A stretch of DNA of 64,000 nt, taken from IMG/VR virus record IMGVR_UViG_3300026122_000001; one strand, 5' to 3'. The position numbers and the translations under genes were made by a program. Origin of the DNA: a virus (lineage: Duplodnaviria; Heunggongvirae; Uroviricota; Caudoviricetes). Numbering within the stretch: the first letter of the stretch is position 1; each line of letters opens with the position of its first letter. Shown here in pieces: positions 38,803 through 47,352 of the stretch. Under the pieces are notes generated by a model. That model had not been told where the DNA came from, searched no databases, and saw only the letters and a list, made by a program, of their open reading frames with translations.

Positions 38803-40632
38803 TTAGTCCTCGTTTGTTTTCTTACCCGTACCACGGGTCTTTGATTTGGTGTCGTCCGACAGTGTAGTGTCACGACTTTCGGCCTTCTCCTGGCGGGCAT
38901 CCTCAGCGGGGTCGCCCGACATATCCGGCAGGCCTCTTGAGCCCGCATTCTCCTCGGTGCCTGCACCAGCCCCAGCGGTTTGGGCTTGGGCAATACGTAG
39001 GATACGCTCCAGGTGGTCTTCCTTGGCCTGTTTGTACTCGTCCTCGTTAAATCCTAGTGCCACAGAGGCCACTTGCTCACCACATAAACCCGCATCGCGG
39101 GCCGCGATGATAATTTGGTGGTCACTGGTTGTATAGTCCGCAGCATCAATTTCGTCCATGATGGTCGCCATGATCTCGACTGAGGAACTACCACCAAGAA
39201 GCTTCGAGGCCACAAGTTTGGCCATCTCTTTCTTGACAGTACGGCCAGGAACTGTGGACATCAAGGCGACGAGCTTCTCTGATTCGTTGATTCGGTCCTT
39301 GTCTGATTTCAAGCTGTACCGGTCAGGGTATTTAACGGTGGCGATTTCACGCTGGGAGACGACTCGTTGCTCATAAGCTGCCCAGTGTTCAGCAACTTGT
39401 CGCTCGCCTGCCTCCAATACCAATCCAATGAACGACAGGCCTGCTTCTAGACCTTGGTTGTCCATTATCTTGGACTCAGCGGAGGCTCGCTTACCGGTCT
39501 TGTTGGCCACCGCCAGATTGACAAGCTTTCGGATGTCGTCTTCAAGTTTCTCTTGGAGGGCCATTGAGGCCTTGAGAGGTTCTGACGAGGGGTGGATAAA
39601 GCCAGGGGGCTCAGCTTTGAGATCATAGGCCCGACCCTGTGTCACGCCCACCTTGATGTCTTCGTCCGAACCGGGTTGGCCACCAGTCGTGGAGGTACCA
39701 TCGGCCGACTTGGGTCCCTTGAGGTGGTCGCCAGCGCCACGAAGGTCACGTTGTTCAACATAGAACGGGAAGTTGGCCAACAACGCATAGCTCACATCAC
39801 TGGATTGTAGATTCAGTAATGCAGCCTGGTGCTTTGACACGTCTTTCAGCAGGCTGTCACCAATATCCAACAGGGTAAACGGAATTCGATCCAATCCGGT
39901 CTCGATCGGTGCTTCCGTTGGCTGCTCTACACCAGCCGAGTTAATGGGTTTGGCATGGCTGTTGTAGAACTGGATGTTGACTTTACCGGTAGTCTCATCA
40001 ACCCATATCATACGATAACGCTCGAATGTCCCGTTTGGCAACGAAATGCCCAAATGGCTCTGGCTGCTAGTGTAACAGACACCATGGTCACGCAGTAACA
40101 AAGCTTGAAACTGATTTGGTGACTCTGGCATGGTACACGACCAGGACAAAATGTCCTCGGCACGGTACATGTACAAATAGGGTCGGGCGTCCCCAACCTC
40201 AGCCAGCGAGTCGCCATGCAGTGCGGGCATGTCTACATACACACCCACTTTACCCATAACGAGAAGCTCGGTCAGTAGATTGATACCAATGAACGAACTC
40301 ATGCTGGCACCACGGCGGTCGACCCCGCCACTTTGACCCTCTACAGCTTTCATGTAGTTGTCTGAACCGCCACGCCGGACGATGTCTCGCATGCGCTGGA
40401 AAATGGCATTGCGGATATCATGCAATGCAGCTTTGGCAAACGTAGGCGTCGGGCTTACCAGCTTTCGTTGCTGGAAGTCCTCGGGACTCTCACGTTTGGT
40501 GAATTGCTGTAGAAACCGGTTCAGATAGTTCTGACCGCCATCATAGGTCATTCGCCAAAGGTCCCACTGCCCCTGATCTTTCATATAGAGGGGGTGGCGG
40601 GTATCAATGAGTCTTGGTTGGTTCAATGCCAT
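38803..40632 (-). CDS. Portal protein
   Basis: 609 aa directly after TerL; RHPLY..W..W..TY.GG..Y...FL...RES..DF..R motif; IPFTLLD; acidic tail. Confidence 0.88.
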   Translation of the reverse strand: MALNQPRLIDTRHPLYMKDQGQWDLWRMTYDGGQNYLNRFLQQFTKRESPEDFQQRKLVSPTPTFAKAALHDIRNAIFQRMRDIVRRGGSDNYMKAVEGQSGGVDRRGASMSSFIGINLLTELLVMGKVGVYVDMPALHGDSLAEVGDARPYLYMYRAEDILSWSCTMPESPNQFQALLLRDHGVCYTSSQSHLGISLPNGTFERYRMIWVDETTGKVNIQFYNSHAKPINSAGVEQPTEAPIETGLDRIPFTLLDIGDSLLKDVSKHQAALLNLQSSDVSYALLANFPFYVEQRDLRGAGDHLKGPKSADGTSTTGGQPGSDEDIKVGVTQGRAYDLKAEPPGFIHPSSEPLKASMALQEKLEDDIRKLVNLAVANKTGKRASAESKIMDNQGLEAGLSFIGLVLEAGERQVAEHWAAYEQRVVSQREIATVKYPDRYSLKSDKDRINESEKLVALMSTVPGRTVKKEMAKLVASKLLGGSSSVEIMATIMDEIDAADYTTSDHQIIIAARDAGLCGEQVASVALGFNEDEYKQAKEDHLERILRIAQAQTAGAGAGTEENAGSRGLPDMSGDPAEDARQEKAESRDTTLSDDTKSKTRGTGKKTNED

Positions 40633-40648
40633 TGGTCAGTCCTGTGGA

Positions 40649-40822
40649 TTATTTCCTGAGCAAGCCCATGAGATACTTCCAACTTGCGCGGCGTCTTGCA
40701 CGGCGTTGTCGCCGCCGCTCTTGTCGCCTCTGCCTGGCTGCTTTACCAACCAGTAAACGCAGGAGTGGGAAATCCCAGCCCAACGTCAAGACAATGAAAA
40801 TGTGTTTGATAGCGAGTCGCAT
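40649..40822 (-). CDS. Small protein with hydrophobic N-terminus and Arg-rich C-terminus (57 aa)
   Basis: SD AGGAG 7 nt before ATG 40822; MRLAIKHIFIVLTLGWDF...RRQERRRQRRARRR. Confidence 0.5.
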   Translation of the reverse strand: MRLAIKHIFIVLTLGWDFPLLRLLVGKAARQRRQERRRQRRARRRASWKYLMGLLRK

Positions 40823-40925
40823 GGTTTGACTCCTGCGTGTCCGTGTTTGTTTGTGTACCCTGTCCATTAGTGGCTCCAAAGCGATGATGTCTCTTCTACG
40901 TTGTTGGTAGGCCTGCCATTGTCGC

Positions 40926-42599
40926 TTACAAAAATTTGCTGATGTCTTGGTGTGTTGTTTTGGCTGCGGCGAGTGGCAACGCAATTTCGCTATATGCCCT
41001 TGCATGCGAGAAATGGTCCGGCCCAGTCTCTGCATAAACCGCCCGCGCGTTGCCAAGGTCGTCTTTTTCATACGTGCGTGCCTGTGCCATAATGTGGTCT
41101 TTGTACGTTTGCGAGGTATCCCGTGGCAACCAAATCCGATCAGGAACATGGAATCGACCAAGGGCAGCATCTAGCCAGTTGGTGCGGTCAACGGTGGCAA
41201 TTGGGGCATCAGTATCATCGTCTTGGATCGAAATTTCTTTGCCCGTGACACCTCGGCGATACCGGCACAATGTTACATACCCCGGGAACCGTCGCGAAAA
41301 CCTCCTGGCTTCGTTGATCTGTGGATCAGCGTCTACAACACAATGAAGAACCTGCCATTCATGCATAAGCTGGTCGGCACGGTGCCATTCATTCTCAGTA
41401 AACATCCCTTCCCACAGAACTTTTGCAGTGGCGGCAACATTCAGGTCGCGGCCCCACTCGTCAATAAAATACTCCGTGACCTCAACGTAGTTCCATTTCC
41501 CTTGATCGACACCCATTGTTATGAGCCGTGAAGAATCTAGCGGTCGTGGGTCTCCCTTAACGTGTACCCGCAGACACAGATCGATCATCTCTTCACTTAC
41601 TTGGCCGCCTTCTGGTACGAATGGTATCCCGAGTTTTGAGTTATGGAATTCAACATTCGCTGCTTCGTCACCTAGACCTCGAAAATGTGCAACTACAATG
41701 TCGGCCGGGGTGACTGTGAAAGAATACAGTTGGTTGATATGGAATCCACGATTGTCTGGGTTGTCGGGTACAGTGGCGACCCACTTAGCGGTTTCGAGCC
41801 AGTCTGGTTTTTGTTGGTGTTCAAGTGTGCCTTTACATTCCTTGCAAATCAGAACTGAATCTTTGCATTTTGGGTCCCGTACCGATTCGCCATGAATCTC
41901 AATGCAATCAGGCCAGATTAGTTCCGTCCATCGCCCACAGCGGGGGCATTGAAACTTGTATTCCTCCTGTGTGCTGTCGAGGAATAGCTTATGGACGCCC
42001 TTCTTTGGTATTGTTGGTGTCGAAACCGCACAGATGTGTTTTTTCAGTTTACCGCTCAGACGTTCGAGGGCCAACCAAATCTGCTTTTGGTCCATCTCGT
42101 CTACTTCGTCCAAAATTAGCTCGGACACCGGGATGGATTTTAGGTTACTGTCTCCGCGTGATCCTCTGATATACAGGCAAATGCCACCAGCTTGTTTTAG
42201 GCCAACCGTGTTGGTGTCAGTGAAGATACTCTTCAGGTAGTCGCTTTCTACCAAGGCACCGCCAAATCTCGCTTTTGAAAAATCCGACGCTGTGGTGGCG
42301 GTTGGTAAAACGTAAAGCACATCTTGGTGCAAAATGTCGATGGTATAAAATGCTCGGTTGATGGCAACTTCCGTGACCCCCATCTGGGCAGCTTTCATTG
42401 CAACATTCCATGTCGCAGTCGAATCATGAATCTCTCGGCACCACGGGTGCAGTCTGAACGAAAACGGCGCAGAGATAGTAGGGTCTTCAAGCGTTGGTAT
42501 GATACGCCTGTATTCGGCCCACCGCGAGCAAGAAGTAAGCGTCTTACTTCTTAACCCGGATGCTATGGCCTCTGCGAATTCGTTTTTGATATCGCTCAT
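40926..42599 (-). CDS. Terminase large subunit (lambda GpA-like)
   Basis: MKAAQMGVTE Walker A, LILDEVDE Walker B, STPT coupling motif, CPRC/CKEC zinc site, GVDQG nuclease Asp, PDHFSHA. Confidence 0.93.
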   Translation of the reverse strand: MSDIKNEFAEAIASGLRSKTLTSCSRWAEYRRIIPTLEDPTISAPFSFRLHPWCREIHDSTATWNVAMKAAQMGVTEVAINRAFYTIDILHQDVLYVLPTATTASDFSKARFGGALVESDYLKSIFTDTNTVGLKQAGGICLYIRGSRGDSNLKSIPVSELILDEVDEMDQKQIWLALERLSGKLKKHICAVSTPTIPKKGVHKLFLDSTQEEYKFQCPRCGRWTELIWPDCIEIHGESVRDPKCKDSVLICKECKGTLEHQQKPDWLETAKWVATVPDNPDNRGFHINQLYSFTVTPADIVVAHFRGLGDEAANVEFHNSKLGIPFVPEGGQVSEEMIDLCLRVHVKGDPRPLDSSRLITMGVDQGKWNYVEVTEYFIDEWGRDLNVAATAKVLWEGMFTENEWHRADQLMHEWQVLHCVVDADPQINEARRFSRRFPGYVTLCRYRRGVTGKEISIQDDDTDAPIATVDRTNWLDAALGRFHVPDRIWLPRDTSQTYKDHIMAQARTYEKDDLGNARAVYAETGPDHFSHARAYSEIALPLAAAKTTHQDISKFL

Positions 42600-42711
42600 A
42601 CATTGTGTGGGAGATTAGCCCGGACTCGCACGGCCACGCAACGGTCGCGTTCAGTAGCTGGACGGTTGTTTGGAGTCTGGCGTTCATTCCGACTAATCTC
42701 GTGTTTCAGTG

Positions 42712-43161
42712 TCAGTTTCGAGGCTTGCGACGGAAATCAGAGAATGTGTCTCCGAGTTCCTTGGCGATCTCTTCGTGCGAGACCGGCTCGTCTTTTGGTT
42801 TGGCTTCCTGCGGAGGCTGCACCACTTCGGCGGCTTCCTTGGGCTCTTCCTTGGGCTCTTCCTTGGGCTCTTCCTTGGGCTCTTCCTTGGGCTCTTCCTT
42901 GGGCTCTTCCTTGGGCTCTTCGGGCCCAACCGACTGCGGGTCTACCCACTGGTCCTCTTGAAGCAACCAGCCTTCGCCGATCTTCTCGCCAGCGTCGGAG
43001 AGTCGGTGACATCGGATTTCACCGGGCTTGACGCCCTTTGGCACCGCGATTTCAACCTCACGGATTTCTTCAGCAAAGGCGTTACACCTCATCGAGCCCT
43101 TGTCTCCAAGTTCGATTTCGATTTGAACGGTACCGGTTGTGTTTGGAAGTTGGATTTTCAT
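42712..43161 (-). CDS. Hypothetical protein with (EEPK)7 tract
   Basis: ORF track; tight coupling to neighbours. Confidence 0.65.
   Translation of the reverse strand: MKIQLPNTTGTVQIEIELGDKGSMRCNAFAEEIREVEIAVPKGVKPGEIRCHRLSDAGEKIGEGWLLQEDQWVDPQSVGPEEPKEEPKEEPKEEPKEEPKEEPKEEPKEAAEVVQPPQEAKPKDEPVSHEEIAKELGDTFSDFRRKPRN
42835..42918. repeat. Perfect 12-bp tandem repeat x7 (TTCCTTGGGCTC)
   Basis: Counted directly; encodes EEPK on the minus strand. Confidence 0.97.
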
Positions 43162-43162
43162 A

Positions 43163-43471
43163 TCAGCTTGTCTCCTCTTGTGGGTCGTCGAGGAAGGCCA
43201 AGATCACCAAAATGAATCTGATAATCTCTGGGAGATTCTCAATGATCCAGTCAATCCAGGCCCGCCAATCGATGTCGATTTCAGTTAGGTCCAGTTCAAG
43301 CCGGACACGTTTCTCGATTTTGAGCACGACGTTAATCAACCGGCCATCGCGCGGGTCAACCCGCATGGGGCGGTCGAGAACTCGTTGCACAAGTCGCAAT
43401 CTTGGTCGTGGGATACGTCTGGCAAGCACAGCTTGGCGTTGGGCTGTTTGCAGTGCTTCTCTGAATGTCAT
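43163..43471 (-). CDS. Small protein with C-terminal amphipathic/TM helix
   Basis: IDWRAWIDWIIENLPEIIRFILVILAFL; basic N-half. Confidence 0.65.
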   Translation of the reverse strand: MTFREALQTAQRQAVLARRIPRPRLRLVQRVLDRPMRVDPRDGRLINVVLKIEKRVRLELDLTEIDIDWRAWIDWIIENLPEIIRFILVILAFLDDPQEETS

Positions 43472-43472
43472 G

Positions 43473-44075
43473 TTACCAGATATCATAATCGGGCTCCTCT
43501 GGGTCGTCTGGCGGTGGCGGGGGTATTATCTCGTCCGGCATCAGCAGATACCGCTTGATTCTATCGTTGCCAATCCATCCAACATACTGCTTCACGAGAC
43601 GTGGCGTCGACTCGCCTGGTAGTTGCTCAAAGATAAGGGTCTGTGGGATTTGGACAATGTTGTACTTACGTACCATCTCGTTGTGGTCGTCAGTGTTGAT
43701 AAGCGTGACTTTGTAACCTTCGTTGGCTAGTTGTTTGGCCACCGTTTTCATTTTGGGGCAATTGGCACACCAAGGTGCCCAAAACAGAAACATCTCGTTC
43801 GTTACCGGTTTGATTTCTTCGCCGGATCGTGGGGCTCGTCGTCTTGGTCGAGCTTCTTGTATCCCTCGATATCCATATACCGGTTGGCTATCGACACCAA
43901 CTCGGCCAGTCGGGGAATCCAGCCCATTTTCTTGCCCTTGCCGATATCGAGCAATAGCGTACGCAGCCATTTGACGAGGCTTCGCCAAAGCATCAATAGT
44001 TGCAACTTTTTCCCCATAACAGACCCCTATGACAAGTGTGAGGACGATCAGTAAATTTGTGACTTTAGACAGCAT
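43473..44075 (-). CDS. Exported thioredoxin-fold protein (CxxC)
   Basis: Signal peptide LLIVLTLVIGVCYG; FWAPWCANCPKM; cis-Pro loop QIPQT; TAATG coupling with the protease. Confidence 0.85.
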   Translation of the reverse strand: MLSKVTNLLIVLTLVIGVCYGEKVATIDALAKPRQMAAYAIARYRQGQENGLDSPTGRVGVDSQPVYGYRGIQEARPRRRAPRSGEEIKPVTNEMFLFWAPWCANCPKMKTVAKQLANEGYKVTLINTDDHNEMVRKYNIVQIPQTLIFEQLPGESTPRLVKQYVGWIGNDRIKRYLLMPDEIIPPPPPDDPEEPDYDIW

Positions 44076-45076
44076 TACCATATCCTGTAATCATCAATGT
44101 CTTGGCGAGGGTAACCGACATAACCACTCAAAGCGAAGCTGTCACCTTGTTTCAGTGCTGATTCGATGTTTCGTGCGTCTGCCCAGAAGGAACCTTCTGG
44201 TTGGTCCAGTCTTGTGGGACCCTTTACCCAGTTGTGACCCCATGAGTTTTGAATGCAGCCGCCCTTGCGGCTGGATTTGTCATCCACACCAATAAGCAGC
44301 ATGGCATGCATCCATGGCCGGGCCCGTCTTAGGAAGCCAGCCGAGTCGCGTTTGGAACTGTAACCGACGGAACTGCATATGGTCACTGGGTACCCGTTGG
44401 CAACGCTGTCACAGGCTTCATCCCAGGTAGTGACTAGCTTGGCAGTCTTGATTGGGTGCAGCTTGGTTAAAGGCTCCAACCCGTCCGGTACACCGTCTGC
44501 GCCCAGCTTACGGGCCTTGACGCCATTGTAGAACGAGAAGTCGTACTTCCCGTTCAGGTATGGCTGACGGAGCAGCAATCCGTATTGCTGGCAGTAATCG
44601 CGTGCCCAACAACCCATCGCGCCATCGCCTACGATACCGCCACCAATCTCTACCCGTGCTCCTGCATAGATGATTTCTGTGGCAGCTTTCGCAATCCAGC
44701 GCTCTTGGCTGTTGTGCATCGTCATCTGGACAGCCGTGAGTATGTCCCCACCGAGGCCCCAGGCATGCGAGACGCAATCGCCGATCTCTTGCAAATGTGG
44801 TACGAGTGGGCCGCCTGTTACATGCTCGAACAGTTTCCAAAGCAGCACACGCTTGCCACGGCCAGTACCTTGTATCGCAGCATTATGCTGCGACATCAGT
44901 GGGCGGTGAGTGTTTCGCAACGATTCCAGGCGGGCCGTCTTGTCGTCCAACCACCCAGCGTAAACCGGGGCACCACTGTAGTCGGCTGCTTGTACATGTC
45001 GCAGGATAGAGTTGCTGGTAACAGCGGCTATGGCTGCAACTCCTGATGTCTTTAAGAAATCTCTGCGTGTGAACAT
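44075..45076 (-). CDS. Tat-exported papain-like (C1) cysteine protease
   Basis: Twin-arginine TRRDFLK plus VQA cleavage site; Q..GDCVSHAW (oxyanion Gln, catalytic Cys), HAMLLIG (His), QNSWG (Asn). Confidence 0.88.
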   Translation of the reverse strand: MFTRRDFLKTSGVAAIAAVTSNSILRHVQAADYSGAPVYAGWLDDKTARLESLRNTHRPLMSQHNAAIQGTGRGKRVLLWKLFEHVTGGPLVPHLQEIGDCVSHAWGLGGDILTAVQMTMHNSQERWIAKAATEIIYAGARVEIGGGIVGDGAMGCWARDYCQQYGLLLRQPYLNGKYDFSFYNGVKARKLGADGVPDGLEPLTKLHPIKTAKLVTTWDEACDSVANGYPVTICSSVGYSSKRDSAGFLRRARPWMHAMLLIGVDDKSSRKGGCIQNSWGHNWVKGPTRLDQPEGSFWADARNIESALKQGDSFALSGYVGYPRQDIDDYRIW

Positions 45077-45085
45077 AGCGTCTCC

Positions 45086-46012
45086 TTACTCGGTCACAAT
45101 GTTGGTTTCCAATGGCCGACTGGCCTTGATGATGTCCCGTGAATCCGACGGGCCTGCGTACTTCGCCAGACCCCGACTGATCTCCATCCACAGGTTGTCA
45201 TATTGCTCCACAGTCTGTAGCTTGCCAGCTTTGGAGGCCGCCACCATCACGGCTTTCAGATGGGCCATGAAGGGTGTCCAAACTTCAGTGTGGTGTCCCA
45301 AAGCTGTGTGACTGGATTCTTTGGTCGCTGCGGAAATCTTGTCGATCGGAATCACGCCAGCACGAATCTGTGCCGCAACGCTCTCGAAGCTTTGTGCCAA
45401 CCGTTCGCAGTCATTCTTATTGGCGTCCATTTCAGCCAGCCAATGTGCCAGCTTCACGTCCAGCGGTGCGGACGGGTCCAGCGGCTCGGGCGCGGGCGGC
45501 TGCGGCCCAGGTGCGGGCGGCGTCGGATATTGGTCCAGCACTCGAATCACAATAATCTTGTGGTCCACTTCATCGTCCGCACAACATGACACGAAGAATG
45601 TATAGTCTCCGGGTACGCCGCTAGAAAATACAGCCACACGGCCTTCATCAAACACACGGAAATTAGGCGTCTCTGGCATCACGCTCCACTTGTATTTGTT
45701 CCCCGTGCTTTGGGACACATCAATGATGACAAGCTGCCCAATCTTGACCTCCAGTGTGGTCTCAACGACCAGCATGGCGTCTTCGTCGCGTTCAAGCAAC
45801 GACAGGTCAGTGTCTCCGTCGACAACTTGGGCCATGGCTGTCATTGACGATGACATAATCTGTGGCTGCGGGTTCATTGGGTACATGGTGCCCAACAGTT
45901 GTGTCGCCGGTGTGTCAACCGGTGTATCAACACTCGGTGGTGTGCCCATGAACAGCATACTGACAACCAGCAACACTGCTCCCAAAATGGTCCCTGTGAT
46001 AATCTTTTTCAT
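45086..46012 (-). CDS. Membrane-anchored/exported protein: PKD/Ig-like domain, Pro-rich linker, helical domain
   Basis: N-terminal TM; YKWSVMP..F..FDEGRVAVFSSGVPGDYTFFV; PTPPAPGPQPPAPEP linker. Confidence 0.65.
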   Translation of the reverse strand: MKKIITGTILGAVLLVVSMLFMGTPPSVDTPVDTPATQLLGTMYPMNPQPQIMSSSMTAMAQVVDGDTDLSLLERDEDAMLVVETTLEVKIGQLVIIDVSQSTGNKYKWSVMPETPNFRVFDEGRVAVFSSGVPGDYTFFVSCCADDEVDHKIIVIRVLDQYPTPPAPGPQPPAPEPLDPSAPLDVKLAHWLAEMDANKNDCERLAQSFESVAAQIRAGVIPIDKISAATKESSHTALGHHTEVWTPFMAHLKAVMVAASKAGKLQTVEQYDNLWMEISRGLAKYAGPSDSRDIIKASRPLETNIVTE

Positions 46013-46245
46013 GGCCGATCCTCGACTGTTGCTGCTTTGTGTAGGTCTACTGCTTGGCTGTGTCCGGAATATCTCATTTGGTCATCGGCCCAACAATTCT
46101 CGCATCGTGTTTCGTTGGAGTGCGTCACTGGGTTATGACATCCTGGCTTGGTGCAGTATAGGGTGAGTCCAATTTGTCGCGTTGGTTCCGTCTGTGCGAC
46201 AGGTTCGGGTTGTGATTTGACACCTGGTTTGAAGTATCGCGTCAT
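46009..46245 (-). CDS. Small zinc-finger protein (78 aa)
   Basis: SD GGAG; CTKPGC...CENC. Confidence 0.55.
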   Translation of the reverse strand: MTRYFKPGVKSQPEPVAQTEPTRQIGLTLYCTKPGCHNPVTHSNETRCENCWADDQMRYSGHSQAVDLHKAATVEDRP

Positions 46246-46263
46246 TCTTTTCTCCATCGGCCG

Positions 46264-46297
46264 AGGCCGGGGTGGCACCCAAGAACCACCCCGGCCT
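46264..46297. other. 12-bp perfect inverted repeat (hairpin) downstream of the holin-like gene
   Basis: AGGCCGGGGTGG-10 nt-CCACCCCGGCCT. Confidence 0.7.
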
Positions 46298-46375
46298 TCC
46301 TGCGCGTGCCTACAGCCACGGCACGCCAACCCGGTCCGTCACCCATGTCAATCATGGGGTCACCGGGGATGTGAT

Positions 46376-46561
46376 TTACACAATCGGTTTGTTGGTGACG
46401 AACCGCAACACGATGTTGAGAGCGCCAACGGCGGCACCCATGACGGCCACGATCTGCGGGTATTCCTGGATGACATCGTGCCCTTGGGCGTACCCAAGGA
46501 TACCAGCAGCCAGTACCAGCATGTTGACCCACAGGGTCTTTGATTTGAGAGGATTTTTCAT
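46376..46561 (-). CDS. Putative holin (61 aa, 2 TM)
   Basis: MKNPLKSKTLWVNMLVLAAG...GALNIVLRFVTNKP; ATGA coupling to TerS; SD AAGGAG. Confidence 0.6.
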   Translation of the reverse strand: MKNPLKSKTLWVNMLVLAAGILGYAQGHDVIQEYPQIVAVMGAAVGALNIVLRFVTNKPIV

Positions 46562-47091
46562 TTGTCGATACTCCTTTGTTCTGAGATACATTCAACGATA
46601 CGCTCTGATATGCGATCGACTACTTCTTCGTAGCCTGGCATGTCGTGGAGTTCTTCTACGATGACTTCGACAATTTGCCGACCCATGACGAGCACGGATG
46701 ACTTGGCGAGGAGGGAGCCAAGATTCTGTTCGATAGTGTGTGCGCTTTTTACGAGTCGCTCAACAGTGAGGAGGAGTGTGTTGAGGCCGCCAATAGCGGC
46801 TAATAGATCGCTCTCGTTTTCAATCACATTGAAGCGCTCTTCGATCAGTATCCGAGTAAGAGAAATTTCTTCTCGAAGAGATTTGATCTCTTCATGCTCG
46901 ACGAAACGGGCCAGCTTGTCGCGATGTTTCTGCTTGGCCAGCTTGTACATGTTACTTTTGAGCCGGTCGGCCAGCGTGGACCGACCGTGATGCAACGGGC
47001 AGAAATCAGACCCCTCTGCGGCGTCATGCGGGCATTGGCCCTTGTCGCCCGAGGCTTTACATCGATTTTGGCGTGCCGGATCAGCAGACAT
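46558..47091 (-). CDS. Terminase small subunit-like protein with N-terminal zinc finger (HGGxSTG-like)
   Basis: RC...GQC...FCPLHHGRST followed by helical oligomerisation region (SLREEISLTRILI); first gene of the late arm; SD GGAGG. Confidence 0.6.
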   Translation of the reverse strand: MSADPARQNRCKASGDKGQCPHDAAEGSDFCPLHHGRSTLADRLKSNMYKLAKQKHRDKLARFVEHEEIKSLREEISLTRILIEERFNVIENESDLLAAIGGLNTLLLTVERLVKSAHTIEQNLGSLLAKSSVLVMGRQIVEVIVEELHDMPGYEEVVDRISERIVECISEQRSIDK

Positions 47092-47285
47092 ATTAGAACT
47101 CCTCCATATAACATTACGGCACGAAGAGGCCAAAAATCCAGGAATTCTGGAAAAATTGTCAAAATAGTCATAATCCGCTTTACTGGTGCAACAATTATTT
47201 TCGGCATAATCGGTACCAAAGGGCTACGTTTAGGGCACCAACCACCAGGAGGTGGGGTATATTTGGCGATTTTCATCAATTTGGC

Positions 47286-47314
47286 TTGACTATCAGGGCC
47301 GAATATGCTAGAAT
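47286..47314 (+). promoter_or_regulatory. sigma70 promoter (extended -10)
   Basis: TTGACT-17 nt-TAGAAT with TG at -15/-14. Confidence 0.8.
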
Positions 47315-47352
47315 TGAGATGCCAGGCGTACCAAATCACCAGGAGCCGACCC

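Noticed and set aside
40823-41170. 5-prime part of the 173-aa ORF 40649-41170
   Set aside because: Mostly overlaps the TerL C-terminus; only the SD-supported downstream portion is accepted.
42835-42918. Possible CRISPR array
   Set aside because: Contiguous 12-bp units with no spacers; no CRISPR array seen anywhere in the window.
42605-43215. Plus-strand ORFs with GLFL, WALP and SLGS repeats
   Set aside because: Alternative readings of the 12-bp repeat; the EEPK frame fits the operon.
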